Below, piece by piece: positions 36,887 through 50,443 of a stretch of 64,000 bases of DNA. The DNA is from Eledone cirrhosa. Its lineage: Eukaryota. The position numbers and the translations under genes were made by a program. The notes below the pieces were generated by a model, which saw nothing but the letters and a program-made list of their open reading frames with translations, searched no databases and had not been told where the DNA came from. Where the stretch lies: assembly GCA_964016885.1 (NCBI GenBank), contig OZ024740.1:101804001-101868000 (forward strand). The letters run 5' to 3'. The stretch's first letter is position 1, and every line of letters begins with the position of its first letter.

Positions 36887-36932
<46 letters not shown>

Positions 36933-37748
36933 TTATTGTTGTTGTCTAATTATCATTGTTGTAGACATTTCTATATTGATAGATATGCTAGATCAGTGTA
37001 TTGAATAACTGGTGTAGTCTTCTCGAATTTTACTTGTAACCTGTTGCAGATAGTTAATTGGAGACACACGAGAACAACTTATCAAGATCATCTTCGAAAT
37101 TCTTGACAGGTAGTAGCTGTGTATGCATGTGTCTAAGAGTGCCACATGTGTGTATTCATTGCTGAATATTTAAGTCAGCATTTAATTATAAATGTATATG
37201 AACTATAAGTATGTCCACGTACATACATATATGTATACAGACGTACAATAGTATGTATATATATATACATACATGCACACATATATATATGTACGTATGG
37301 ATTCACCGAACATTTATTATAATGCTCGGTGTGTTTGTAAAAAAACATCCCGTATTAAGCCGTAGTGTCTAGCAACCATCGTTGCTCGTTTGTTCAACAC
37401 TGACAGAGGAACGCTGTTAAAGATCGTACTAAGAGTGGGAAATGAAATTTCGTTTCATATTTTCCGTGTATATGAACATTTACACTATATGTTCTCTCTG
37501 TACTGGTTTAGAGTAAGTATACCATATCCTTGCATGTTGTAAGAGGGCATCTGACTGTAAATGTTGCTATGAAAAGGAGACTATGTAAATGATCTTAACA
37601 TAATTATTGTTCTTTTGTCTATACTGGTTTCATTTGTTAAACTCCACTGTGCTATGAGGGTGACTTTGGTAGTTTCTTTCATCTTGGTAACCCCAGTACT
37701 TATTTCAATCTAGTACTTATTTTAGTGATCTCTTACTAAGTTATGAAC

Positions 37749-38048
37749 GTGAAGGTGCATGGCTTAGTGATTAGTGTGTTGGGCTTGCAATCGTGAGGTT
37801 GTGAATTCAGGTGATGCGTTGTGTCCTTGAGCAAGACACTTATTTCCCGTTGTTCCAGTTTTACTCAGCTGTAGAAATTAGTTGCAACGTCACTGATGCC
37901 AAGCTATAATGGCCCTTGCCTTTCCCTTGGACAACATCAGTGTAATGGAGAAGGGAGCCTGCTGGTCTTCCATAAAATAACCTTGCCCGGACCTGTGCCC
38001 CAGTGTAAATTCCATGGTCATTCATGACCGAAGGCGATCTTTAACCCT
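37749..38048 (+). mobile_element. tRNA-derived SINE with CORE/V-like central motif, full length with TSD
   Basis: A-box TGGCTTAGTGA and TGTGTCCTTGAGCAAGACACTT; flanking duplication TTACTAAGTTATGA(A/G)C at 37733 and 38049. Confidence 0.8.
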
Positions 38049-38311
38049 TTACTAAGTTATGAGCATAAAGCATCACAACATAATTAATTAACACTTGTTT
38101 TTAGACCAGTTTAAATGGGCGCACAAACATACATAAACACACACGCACGCACGCACGTGCGCGCACACAAACACACATGCACACACTGGAATCTGCATAG
38201 ATTATATCCACCAAATTCCACTAAAAATGCATTGGTTAACCTTATAGTGGGATTCAACAAGATATCAAGTGGATGTGAATCAAACTATTTAAGCAAATGG
38301 ATATTCTTGTG

Positions 38312-38354
<43 letters not shown>

Positions 38355-38689
38355 ATGTGTGCTTGTGTAGGCGTGCGTACATTTCACCTCCCCAACCTTT
38401 CTTTCTTTTTCCCTTCATTTCTTTTTCTTTTTCAATTATCTGCCCTCTCTGCTTTTCTTATCACTTCTTCCTCTTTCTCCCCCTTTCTCTCTCTCTCCCC
38501 TTTTTCTCTCTCCCTCCCCTTTCTCTCTGTCCCTCTCTATCTATCTATCCCCCCCCCCTCTCTCTCTCTCTTATTAACCTTATATTTTCGCTAGTCTATT
38601 CAAACAGACAGTCCCTCCAATAACAATGCCTTCTCTTTTGTTTTGCTTCCAGTTCTCCCTACTTTTCTCTCTGTTTTAAGTGGAAGCCT

Positions 38690-39070
38690 CTTTCTAAATG
38701 TGTGCAGCAATATTTTTGTGGGATGTCAACTCCTGTTTGGCAAATTAACAAGTAGCTAAAGAAGCAGAGGCCACCCATGGAAGTGCTGGAATAACTGCAT
38801 TAAAGACAATCTGAACACTTTCAGCTTCAACCTCTCCACATGGTATGACCTGACTGCAGACCACAGTACCTGGATGAAGCAGATAAAAAATGGCTCCGTC
38901 TTTCAGAAGTGTGCCCTGCCCAGCTAGCAGATAGGCACTGAAAGCAACATCATAATGAGAGTCACCAATTGTCAATAATGATGGCAACACTGTACAAAAA
39001 GAGTGACGGCGTAGTCTTTTTTGGGGGAATGCTTGTAATCATAGATCCTCATGATTATGGACAAACACTA
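38690..39070 (+). mobile_element. Decayed RTE-type C-terminal fragment
   Basis: SRGHPWKCWNNCIKDNL...WYDLTADHSTWMKQIKNG resembles the GRP/DR.W end of RTE ORFs. Confidence 0.5.
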
Positions 39071-39977
39071 AATTTAAGCTACAACAACAATAACAACAAT
39101 ATTACAAACATTATTATGGTCTCCCCCAAATGGCACTAGTCTTAAAAAGAAAGGTTACAATGTAACCTGAGGCCTATTTCAAATGGTTGGTGATCGGAAG
39201 AGCATACAACGTTAGAAAACATGCCAAAGCAGTGTCAAAAGGAGTCTTCAGCTGTGTCAAGGACATCTTTAGTGTTGGTGACACAATAAATGCACTCAGT
39301 ATGCTCTGTAAAATGGTTGGCATTAACAAGGGTATTCAGCCATAGAAACCATACCCAAAATGGAATATATGAAAGATATGCTATTCTTCAACCTGTCCAT
39401 TATCACCCAACTTAGGCTAGCATGGAAAAATAGACATATGATGATGGTGATCATGATGATAATGATGATGATGATGATGAGAAGAATGAGGATAACTGGA
39501 ACATCTTGGTTATAGGTCTACTTGATCAGATCTCAACTTCATCTAAACAATAACTTTACTCACTTCCCTGAAAATGTTTATTAAGCAGTGTAATCTTTAA
39601 TAGGTTTTAGTTGTAAAACCATTAAACATAGACATACTACATGGATATGTATATATGTGTGTGTGTGTATGAATGCATTTGTGTGTAAATGTGTGTGTAT
39701 GTATCTGTATGTGTGCATGTGTGTGTACATAGATCTACTTGTATCATTTGTATATATGCATATGTGTGAATATATACATACATCTGTTTGTGTATGTACT
39801 TGTGTATGTGTGTGTACACATACAGGAGCATGTATAGTTGATGAAGTGCTCTTCAGTGAAAGCTTACCTGTCAAAAAGATTTATGTTTTTCTTTGATAGA
39901 GTCTAAAGTCTGTGAGTTTCTGTGAGTGCAAGTCTGAATACAAACATTGTGTGTGTGTGTGTTTGTGTGGGGGGGAG

Positions 39978-40034
<57 letters not shown>

Positions 40035-40419
40035 CACATGTATGTGCATTTGAGTGTGTGTGCCTGCATGTATAACAGTGTCTCATTGTACAGGTGCTTT
40101 TCTAGATGAATGTATGTGCGGCAGTAGTTTTGATGCACAATTACAATGTCTTGTATTTTACTTTCTTCACTGTCTCATTATTATTTATCTGCCATAAGTA
40201 AGTAAGCTCAACAACCAGTTCAAAGCCATTTTAATCTTAAACTCCAGAAATGTACTAATTACTTTCTTATATAACTTTTCAAAGAAATTTTGAAACATTT
40301 CTAGCATTGCTTTTGCCTTCCAATATTAAGTTTATTGTTGCATATATATATATCCCATAGTGTAGAGAGAGCTTTTCAGTCAAGTCATTGACTGACAACA
40401 TCCATAGTGCTGTTGCCAT

Positions 40420-40612
40420 GATAATTGTTTCTACTTTTGACACAAAGGCAGCAATTACCCAGTGCATTACTGGTACTTTATTTTATCGACCCCGTAAGGA
40501 TAAAAGGCAAACAAAGTTAACCTCGGTGGGATTTGAACTCAGAATGGCAAGGGCCATAACTCTATGTGTGCATCAAAGCATGGCGTCCGACCCTCTACCA
40601 ATACTGCCAATC
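40420..40612 (-). mobile_element. tRNA-derived SINE (Meta-domain-like)
   Basis: Close match to the 9190 and 54248 copies. Confidence 0.8.
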
Positions 40613-40739
40613 CATGTTCACTCAGTACACTCTGTAGAGTGTGACAATATATGTAAGTGTGATGCAACCTCCAGCCAATCTGAAAGGTCACTAGCTCTAA
40701 GACAGAACAGGGAAGTGAATAGTGTATGAGTCATGATCT

Positions 40740-41176
40740 ACATGTGTGTATGTGTATGGAGGGGGAACATTAGGTGTAGTGTTGGTGAATCTCAGGAAGC
40801 ATGGAGGTTTTTAATGATGCAGTGTCTCGACAGCTAATAACTGATGCAGGTAGTTTGTTCCATGCTTCAGCAACTCTGAGAGTGAAAAAATGTTTCCGAA
40901 AGTCATGGGAGCTGTGCTGTTTTCTGACCTTGTTGGCATGCCCACGTGTGTTAGACACATGGAAATCAAAAAGGTACTCACGGTTGTTGCTGGCAAGATG
41001 GTTAATAATTTTGTGTGTGTTTACCAAGTCAGTTGCCAGACGTCAGAGCTTCAAGGTATCCATGCCCAGGGAAGCAAGGCGTTCAGAGTATGGTAGATGC
41101 CTGATGGAGGGTATTCGCTTGGTTGCACGTCTCTGAACAGTTTCCAGATGGTCAATATTCTGAGCAAGATAGGGGT
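40740..41176 (-). mobile_element. CR1-clade LINE 3' fragment
   Basis: PYLAQNIDHLETVQRRATKRI, YSERLASLG, TRGH, RKHFFTLRVAEAWNKLP. Confidence 0.88.
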
Positions 41177-41708
41177 CAATGTTCACCTGATCTAGGAATC
41201 GAAACCATGACCTTATGAATGTAAGCCCCATACCTTAAATATTAAGTCATGCACCTAGGATAAAAACAGCAGCAAAATCAAATCATAACCAACCTGATAT
41301 TTTTGTTTGGGGCATAAGATTGAAAATATGTTCTGTTGTGGAAGTCAGCTACCTAATAATACAGCAATGTGATAAGTGAAATACAGAAAAAAACAGAACA
41401 TTTAATCTCCAACGAAGATGGAGTTACATAAACACCATTGATTGGTCTGCACATTAATAATGTTGCTTTCTGAAATTATTGTAAAACAATGGATTAATTA
41501 ACTACCAGCTCTTATTCTTGTATTGTTTAACATTATATATCATACTCTGAAATTCTGAATATTCAACAACATAAATGGGGATATCATCTTTCAACAAAAA
41601 CAAATTACATTTTGTTTTGATGGGATATTCACATTAACGCTATATCAAGTTCTAAAATGAGTATAAATCCTACATTATTAGGTAGAATATTATTGAGTAT
41701 ATGTATGA

Positions 41709-41758
<50 letters not shown>

Positions 41759-41939
41759 TAATACTTGGGGAGGGTCATATTTGTGTAGTATATATATATG
41801 TGTCTATGTATGTATATATGTATATATAAAATATATATATGTGTGTGTGTGTGTTTTAAAAGCCAGTACAATGCGGTAGAAAATACGAAGAGCAAATGAT
41901 GGTAAATGAAACAAAACAAAACAATGTTAAATAATGTTT

Positions 41940-42570
41940 TACCTAGTGTATTAGGGCATGATAGTTCAGTGCTATTAGCCTCTTTTCAGATGCAGGCCTG
42001 AAACAGTCCTAGATAAATCAAATGATTTGAGCTTTATTCTGTAACTGGTTGTATGTGTTGGTAAAATATATGCACAGGGTTGTTAATTATTCTGCCTCAT
42101 GCCTTTCTGACCAATTATTTATTTCTGGCTTTAATCAGCTAATTAAAATGGCTTCCTTGATTCTCAAATTTCTCGTATTCCTTTCCTGGCTTCTATCCTG
42201 ACCTCAATCTCTTGGTTGTGGCATCTGTCAAGATGTTTTTTGACAGAAGAGGTTTTCATTGTTAGATATTCCTTGATCTATATGTGCAGTCTCCTTGTGG
42301 TATCTTCGATGTATGAGGAGCTGCATTTTGTGCACAGCATCTTATAAACCACATATGCTCTCATGCAGACTTCTGTGTTATTGATGGGATAATTCGGAAC
42401 TGTGCATATATCGCTGTATGTGGGTGAGTGTCTGTGGATCAGTCTCTTCAAAGAGAGTCCCAAATGTGCCAGCCATATATCCCTTCATATGGATGGCTTG
42501 TCTGATGGCAGCTGTCGTCTTCTCATTGAAATGTGGTAGCTTTATGTAGCAAATTTTATCCTTAGGGGTA
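41940..42570 (-). mobile_element. Penelope-like element fragment (GIY-YIG endonuclease)
   Basis: YIKLPHF linker, then VVYKMLCTKCSSSYIEDTTRRLHI*IKE (degenerate VVY...C..C...YIG.T.R.L..R..EH). Confidence 0.75.
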
Positions 42571-42917
42571 CATATATATATATATATATATCCAAATAAA
42601 CGTTATTACAGTTTTGTGAAATCATATATATATATATATATATATACATATATGTGTGTGTGTATATAAATGCTTTCTTCAACACATACATTTCCTCCAA
42701 AATTTTTTTGTCATTTCTTCCTCTTCTAACTCTCCTCTATCTTCCTATATCTTCTTTTATTCCTCATTCTATCTTCTGATGAAAACTAATGTCCAAAACG
42801 TTAAGATTCTTTTCCAACTATATCAAGCATTAAACTGATATATTTCTTCATTGTACTGTATCATTTTGCTGATGTATGTCTATGTGTATGTATGCATGTA
42901 TTTATATAAATATATAT

Positions 42918-43251
42918 CACACAGTCCACGCTGTAAATGTGGCCGTGTAGGCAACACGGTAAAAACCTCCCAGCCCCACACTGTAAATGTGGTTGGTGTT
43001 AGGAAGGGCATCCAGCTGTAGAAAACCCGCCAGACAGTCCACGCTGTAATGTGGCCGTGTAGGCAACACAGTAAAAACCTCCCAGCCCCACACTGTAAAT
43101 GTGGTTGGTGTTAGGAAGGGCATCCAACTGTAGAAAACCCGCCAGACAGTCCTATGCGAGCAAGACAACCACTCTTGCCTCAAGTGGGAAAACCCCCGTC
43201 CAAACCCATGCAAGCGTGGAACACGGACGCTAAACCTGATGATGATGATGA
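42918..43251 (+). mobile_element. RTE subfamily A 3' UTR fragment with the same tandem duplication
   Basis: Two ~112-bp units plus tail; (TA)n on both sides. Confidence 0.9.
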
Positions 43252-43531
43252 TATATATATATATATATATATACATAGGGGAGTGAGTAAACAAAACTTT
43301 TAATAGTTTCAGACTTAGCTGTAGACTTTTTTCTATTTATAGATGGACCTTTTCTCATTAATTACATTTAAAGTGTGGAGTTCATTCTTAAACATAGTTA
43401 ATATGGTAGCATTGTGATTCGGTAGCATTGTGATATTGTCTGCTTCTTTGTATGTATTTGTGCATGTATATGTGTGTATGTTTGTATGTATATATATATA
43501 TATATGTGCATTCAAACACACACATATACAT

Positions 43532-43600
<69 letters not shown>

Positions 43601-44129
43601 CAAATGTCTGTATAAATGTCATAAGACTGGTAGCAAAAATTTATTATCTTTATGAAAAAGAAGCAATCTTCATTTTTTTTTACAACATTGTTAATGTGGT
43701 GTAAATGTTCTGTGTCAATTACATGCAAGTTCTACAATAATTCATAGTCAGTATTTAGCTTTAAAACTTGCTCCCAAAACTAATTTTTCATTTGTGTTTT
43801 GGACTTGTTTTTTTTAGATAATCTACAAACTGTTTAATATTGAATTTTCACAAAACCTATTGATAATCAAATATGCTGCCTATTCCCGAATATGTATATG
43901 TAGTCATATCCATATGTTTTAATAAACATGGCTCTGTGAAACTTGATCCCCATGGTTAATCATATGGCTTTTCAAAGCCTGGAGCAGGAATCAAATAGAC
44001 TATTTCAACTCATTTTCATTAACAACAGCATTTCATAGCAGTTGAAAAGCTCTGTGGTTTTAAGAATGCAAATAATACCACTCTTCCTTACTCCCAAATC
44101 TTCCATAACCAAACATCATCTATATACTT

Positions 44130-44700
44130 CATGCTAAATTTGTACTGTCTCCATAAACAAAGACCTCAAAAACATCCTCCAATGGGGCCATGCTTATCAT
44201 GTGTCCTTCAATATCTCAAAGACACAATCACAACACATTAAGAAAACATTATCACAACTAAACCAACCCTAAACATCAAATCACTCTCATGTTTGCTCCA
44301 AATACCAGACTTCACTTCTAATCTTGGTGAACTCACAACCTCGACATAACCAAAACCTCAGTACAAAAATTGATCTTCCTCTTCAGTGCCAAAAAATATG
44401 TGAGCCTTCCATACCTACTAACTCTCTACAATGCTCACGTGAAGCCCACAATGAAGTACACTTCTCATACATGGAATGTTGCTGCCGCTTCACACAGACA
44501 TCCTAGATTAGATCCAAAGAAGAATCACATGACTGAGGGGCTTGAAGTCACTCATCAGTATGTTCTAGTATCTGGCTTACAGATTTGCTTTTCTGCCACT
44601 ATTACGGTGACCTCTGTTGCTTGGATCTCGCTGATATCATGCCACCTCCAATAAGGTCCTCTCGGCTCATGTTTCCCTCTTCCTTTCATCATCTATAGCA
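44130..44700 (+). mobile_element. Highly decayed CR1/Jockey-group RT C-terminal fragment
   Basis: LLTLYNAHVKPTMKYTSHTWN resembles LY...IRP.LEY....W. Confidence 0.55.
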
Positions 44701-46452
44701 ATTTCTGGGGAAAATGTAACTAGTTGACTCAATCTTCCTTCTAAACTGTCAAAACCCCTAATGTTCAACTATGGGACCTGCTTTCTAAAGCCTATCAGCA
44801 CATGTAATTCAAAAGACCATTCTTGGTATACACTGATACTATAAGTGCAGCCTGCTATGACATGTGCAAATATTCATACACTTGTATGTGTATGTTTTTT
44901 GTGCATATTTTATAAACTAGTGGCTACAATGGTTCTCACCTGATTCTCACTTTTGGCTCTGGGACATTTTCAGCCACACCCTGGTAACTACTTCTGTTGT
45001 TAGGTTAAATTTAGTGAGGGACTGGATACTGAGAGAAAAGATGGGTGCCACCAAGCACTTCTACAGCCCACTGAAATGCCTAGAGTGACACCCTAATGAC
45101 TGACTGCACAAGTTGTGTTAACTTGATTTATAAACACATTCCCTCTTAGCCAACAAGAAAGGTATTGGATGAAATCAATTATGGTGCAAGTTATGACAGT
45201 GATGGCAGCAGATGATAGATAAAAGATTAAAGACTAACCCTTTCATGACAATATTTTTAATGAAATACACTACCAATGTATTTCATTAATTAGGAAAATA
45301 ATCATGGATTTGAAGAGATTTATTAAAATAAATAACCTCTTCATTTTCAGACCAGTGTTTGGAACATAACATAACAGAAAGTTCTCACATAAAATTAGGA
45401 TGGAAAGTTATATTTCAAATAGAAACACTTTTCAATGAGAACTAAAGGCAGTCTTAGGCATGTTGATATCAAAGATGCACAATTTTTCTTGTGCATATTT
45501 TACTTCTTTAATAATACCATATAACTTTGTCATTGATACTTTAAAAGCTTAGTTTATCAAGTGATATCTTAGATAAAGCAATCTATTGAATGATGTATTT
45601 TCATTTTTATAGCCTCTGTATAGTCAATTTGATACACTCTTGCAAACCAATTTTCTCTGGATCACATGTATCTCAAGACATTCATAAGTTAAAGGGTTGA
45701 ATCACATTCATTTTTTCTTCTTAATAGGACTGTTCACCTGCAGGTGTCCATCTAAGTGTCAATATTGTACTTACATAGCTATACTTTAAGGCTATTTTAT
45801 TGCTTTCTTCACTCTGTAGCCTTTAATTTTCATGCTTCTCACATTCATACACTCACACACATATTCTCATTCACTTGCTCGCTCTGTTTCTCTCCATTTC
45901 CTCATTCATCCTCTCTTTCTCTCTATCTCTCTTTCCAATCCTCTCTATCTTCCTCCATCTGTCTCTTTGTTCTCTCTCTCTCTCTCATTACATTATTCCG
46001 TCAGTTACTTTCGTATTTCTCCCTTCCTCTTTAATCCCTTGTGATATCATCAGGTTTGGCAAAAGACAATCTGTTTTACTTTTCTTTCTCTTCTTTCACA
46101 TATTATCGTCTCTGTTTCAGTACATTTTATCTCCATTCAAAATTTTCGATGGCTGTATTTACTGTATACTTATCTATAGCATTACAGCCCCTTTTACTAA
46201 TTTTTCTTCCTTGAGGGTTTATTTCCAATACACATCCATCCTGCTCTGTTATTTGTGGAACAGCACTCCTAAAGAATCTCAATACCCTGTTTCCTTTTTG
46301 TCTTATTCTTTCTCTAGCTTAGTTTTGATTTATATTCAGCTCAGCATAATGTACACTCATTTTTCTTCTTAAATTGGTTTTAATTGTCATGAAACTTTGC
46401 TTCATTTCTTTGTTACGCACTTTCCAAAATATTTCCTGTCCTGCTAGCATAA

Positions 46453-46578
46453 TTATCTCTTTGACTTCTCTTCTTCTCCTTCTTCTTTAGCTTCCAGTAA
46501 TTCTTCAGCTTCTTCAATGTCTTGTTCTTCTATTTCATTTGTTGTTGAAGTATTGCCATGAAGATATCTGCTCTGGTT
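46453..46578 (-). CDS. Candidate terminal coding exon with acidic tail
   Basis: tttttAG followed by an open frame NQSRYLHGNTSTTNEIEEQDIEEAEELLEAKEEGEEEKSKR*; no homolog recognised. Confidence 0.3.
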   Translation of the reverse strand, partial: NQSRYLHGNTSTTNEIEEQDIEEAEELLEAKEEGEEEKSKR

Positions 46579-47419
46579 CTAAAAATTGTTTTAATGTATT
46601 TCTAACTTGCGTAATATTTAACTAATCAAATAAATGTTTGGTGTTTAAAAAAAAAGATAGTTTAGTTTTGCCCTTTTTCTCAACAATAGAGCTTAATAAA
46701 ATATTTTTCTCTATAATTCTGAAAAACATTTTTACAACAATGGAACTTGGCAAAATATTTTTCAATATAAATTCTTAAATATTTTTAAAATTTTATTTAA
46801 TAAATACAGAACAACTTACTTCTAAATTTGATCAAATATACCTTAATTTGATTTTCTTTGATTATATTTGTTGAAAAACAAATATATAACAAGATGTCAT
46901 GGGTTGAAACCTTACTTTGTAAACAAGAAATGCAACTCTGTTTGCTTTGTTTTGCTTCGCTGAGAAAATAGATTATTTTTATTTGAAATTTTGTGTTTTT
47001 ATATTATCACAATTGGTGAACAAGTGTGTTGTTATGCACACGTATTTGATGGGCCAATAACTGATTCACTGCATTTCTAACAGTGAAAGTGATGAGTGTG
47101 TATCTATTTGACTTGGTACAGAACAAATATCACAAGTAATTTTATTCAAACAACATTGTTTTATGGAGGTGTAAGGGTTTTTGTTGATGTTTACTTCTTT
47201 CAATGATATGCATCATTGAAAGTGTATGTATTTGTGTGAGTGTGTGTTAATTTCGAGTAGGTAAACCATATGCCATTTATTAATATCATATGTATGTATA
47301 TATATATATGTGTGTGTGTCTGTGTGTAAAAGGTAAACAGAAATAACAACACAATATATATTCAAAATTGAATAGGACCAAAGATTAGTATTATTATTAT
47401 TATTTATTTCTTACCCAAT

Positions 47420-47783
47420 TGCACCTCTCAAAGGCGATGACACACGACCGTGACCTCTGGCATCACACAGTAATACAGAAGACCCGACTTCCCACGGTTA
47501 CAAGCCGAAGCTGAAGCATATAGACAATATCCCCTCCACTGCAAAAAAGCACCCAGCCTACACTGTAAAGTGGACGTGCAGGCACCATGGAAAAAAAGCA
47601 CCCAGCACTCACTGTAAATGAGGTTGGTGCTAGGAAGGGCATCCAGCTGTAGATATCAAGCCAGAATCAGTTCCAGTATGAGCAAGACAAGGTCAGCCAA
47701 CCGGACACTGCCAACAACAGGACAACCCATCTAACCTATGCTAGCATTAAGAACAGATGTAAAACGGTGATGATGATGATGAC
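47420..47783 (+). mobile_element. RTE subfamily B 3' fragment
   Basis: Matches 60430-60820; (GAT)n tail. Confidence 0.88.
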
Positions 47784-47884
47784 ATCTACAAATTTTGAAT
47801 TATAAATGCAGCAAGATTGATCAGGTGACTGTGTCTCACTCGTATAGAACTTTACCTGGCAGGTTTTCTATGGCTGGATGCCCT

Positions 47885-47920
<36 letters not shown>

Positions 47921-48045
47921 TTGCACCTGACCCGCTTCATAGCTGCATCATCAGTCAGAATGATAATACTAGTGGTGTATTGGTCATGTGCTTGGCAGTG
48001 GTCATAAAATATCGTGAGAATAGTGGGTAATCACGGATGCCTGAT

Positions 48046-48322
48046 TTAACCCTTTAGCATTCAAACTGGCTATATCCGGCCAGAATTCTCTCACCTCTTT
48101 CTGTTCAAACCAGCTGTAACTGGCCACTCATACTGATGTTAAGGCATTGTTCTCAAAATAATTAATATCAAAATCGCAAAGATTCGATATTATGTGAGAT
48201 AATTCCTCATCCTCATCCTCAAACATCTATCTTCCACGTTAGCATGGGTAAAGCCTTTACTGTGAAAATACATTAGTAAATATAATAGTATATATAGAGC
48301 AATATAAATGCTAAAGGGTTAA
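48046..48322. mobile_element. piggyBac-like MITE (family 1) with ~44-bp RTE-tail insert
   Basis: TTAA-CCCTTTAGCATT ... AATGCTAAAGGG-TTAA. Confidence 0.82.
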
Positions 48323-48964
48323 AATTTCTCAATGCATGCCAATAATTATAATTGGTTTTACATATGCTGTATCTGTGTGTTAATTTTTTATTTATATTGA
48401 TATTAATTGAGCCTTCATCGTTGTTCACCTTGTTTCATGTGGAATTCTATGTTGAATTGTAATGTTATTAACTAATGTCCTAACTAATTATTTTACATGT
48501 ACTGTATGGAAATGTGTTGCAATATCTCATTGCTATAAGTACGTAGTTAACTAACAGGGAGATGTCATGCTTGTGTGACTGATGTAAGAATTTTGGTTAT
48601 GAAGTTCACAATTTTGATGTGTGCATTGAAACTTTTTAATTACATTGGTCATCTGCAGTACATTCTGTGGTTTACTAGTTAGTGGTTTCATGTTAATGGG
48701 CAAGGGGGGATTATATTTTTGTAATACATTCTAACTATGAGTTTGTGGTTAGGATTGATTTATGTTATATTGATTTATGAGTTTTTTAATGACCAAAATT
48801 GTTACTTTGCCCACACAAGTCATGTTCTCAATATAACATGTTTTAAAGAAAAACTGTTCTCTACTTATATATATAATTACACACACATATATCATACACA
48901 CACACACACACACACACACAGACACACATATATATATATATGGGGGGGGGGGGGGGGGGTGCAA

Positions 48965-50195
48965 AATTCCCGAGATCCATGGACGAGTTGTCTCCAGCGG
49001 TCTCTGTCCTTCATTATCGTTGCCATGTCCTGCGTCTCCAACAGACCAGTGTCTGTCCTTAGGGCATCAACATACGTTAACCTTGGTCTTCCTCTTCCAG
49101 TGTGTCCATGCAGGGGCTCCCACAGGAGCACTCAGTGCAGTGTCAACTCTGAATGTCTGTGAGCATGTCCAGCTAACCTCAGTCTCCCCTGTGTCACTTT
49201 TGAGCTGACTTTTGGGAGGCTCCTATATAGCTCTGAGTTTTTCATCCTCAGTGTATACTGATTAATGTTCAGAGCCATCCTCAGCATTCTCGTGTAGCAC
49301 CCATCCACCATCTGAGTGAGTGTCTTGGTCAGTGTCCAAGTCTCAGACCCGTACAGCAACACAGACTCCACTTCAGCAATGAAGAGGCAGATCTTCAGGT
49401 CTTCACGAAGGTCGAACTTCCACACCGATCTCAAAATGTGGCACGCCGCCCAGGCTTTGTTCTTCCTCTCAACCACATCATCGTCCGTATTCCCAATCTT
49501 TGCTCCCAAATACAGGAAGTCCTCAACTAATTCCAGTGGCTTCCCACCTACATTAGTAATCCCCTCTGGCTTCTCAACGTTCTCTACCAGATATTTTGTT
49601 TCAGTCTCATTCATTCTCAGCCCACACTCATCGACACGGTCTCAACTTCCTGCATCAAATCCTCTGCCTCCTTCACTGTATCAGTTACCAAAACTATGTT
49701 GTCGGCAAATTCAGCATCCAAATATCTTTTTCGCCTTAACTCTCCTGCTCTGAGCCAGTGTTACAGTAAAGCCTGAGTCCTGGTGTTTCTCCAGTGCAAG
49801 GCGCATACAATGGTCCACTACGATGATAAAAAGGTAGGGAGCCAATATATCTCCCTGGAGCACTCCACCCAGTATCTCAAAGAACTCTGTCATCCTATCA
49901 TGATGGGCTTTGGTGTTGGTGTAGAGCAGTGATATCAGGTCCACTATCTTCTTGGGGATTCCATAAGCCTGTAAGGCAGTGACGGTCCACAGAATCAAAG
50001 GCTTTCCTAAAGTCAATGAAAACCATGACCGCAGGCAGGCATTTTGCTCTAGTTCCTTCTAATATCCTCCTCAGCATCAGGATGTGACTGGTGGTTGATC
50101 TTCCCTCTCTGAAGCCATTCTGGTTGTCCCTGAGCTTCTTCTTCATCTCGGGCTGGATCCTGTTAAGAATCATCCAGTTGAGGGTCTTTGCCACA
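48965..50195 (-). mobile_element. Decayed RTE-group LINE of a different family (no PHD insert)
   Basis: QNGFREGRST, FIDFRKAFDSV, GVLQGDILAPYLF, DFLYLG, LYGSETW, RLRLAGH, GRP, DRDRWR. Confidence 0.88.
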
Positions 50196-50235
50196 AATGA
50201 TGTCAGTCAGATATATACATATACATGCGCATATA

Positions 50236-50443
50236 TAATGTTTCTACTTTTAGTACAAGGTCAGAAATTTGAAGGGAAGGGAAATGTTGATTCAATCAAC
50301 ACCAGTGCATTACTGGTACTTTATTTTATTGACTCCATAAGGATGAAAGGCAAAGCTAAACTCTGTGGTATTTGAACACAGACCATAATTTTATGCTGCA
50401 AAGCATGTTGTCTGATGCTTAACCGACACCGCCAATCCACCAA
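50236..50443 (-). mobile_element. tRNA-derived SINE (Meta-domain-like), long variant
   Basis: Family match. Confidence 0.7.

Noticed and set aside
37054-37109. Plus-strand exon LIGDTREQLIKIIFEILD
   Set aside because: Weak donor (GTAGTA), no partner exons found, and competing minus-strand readings.
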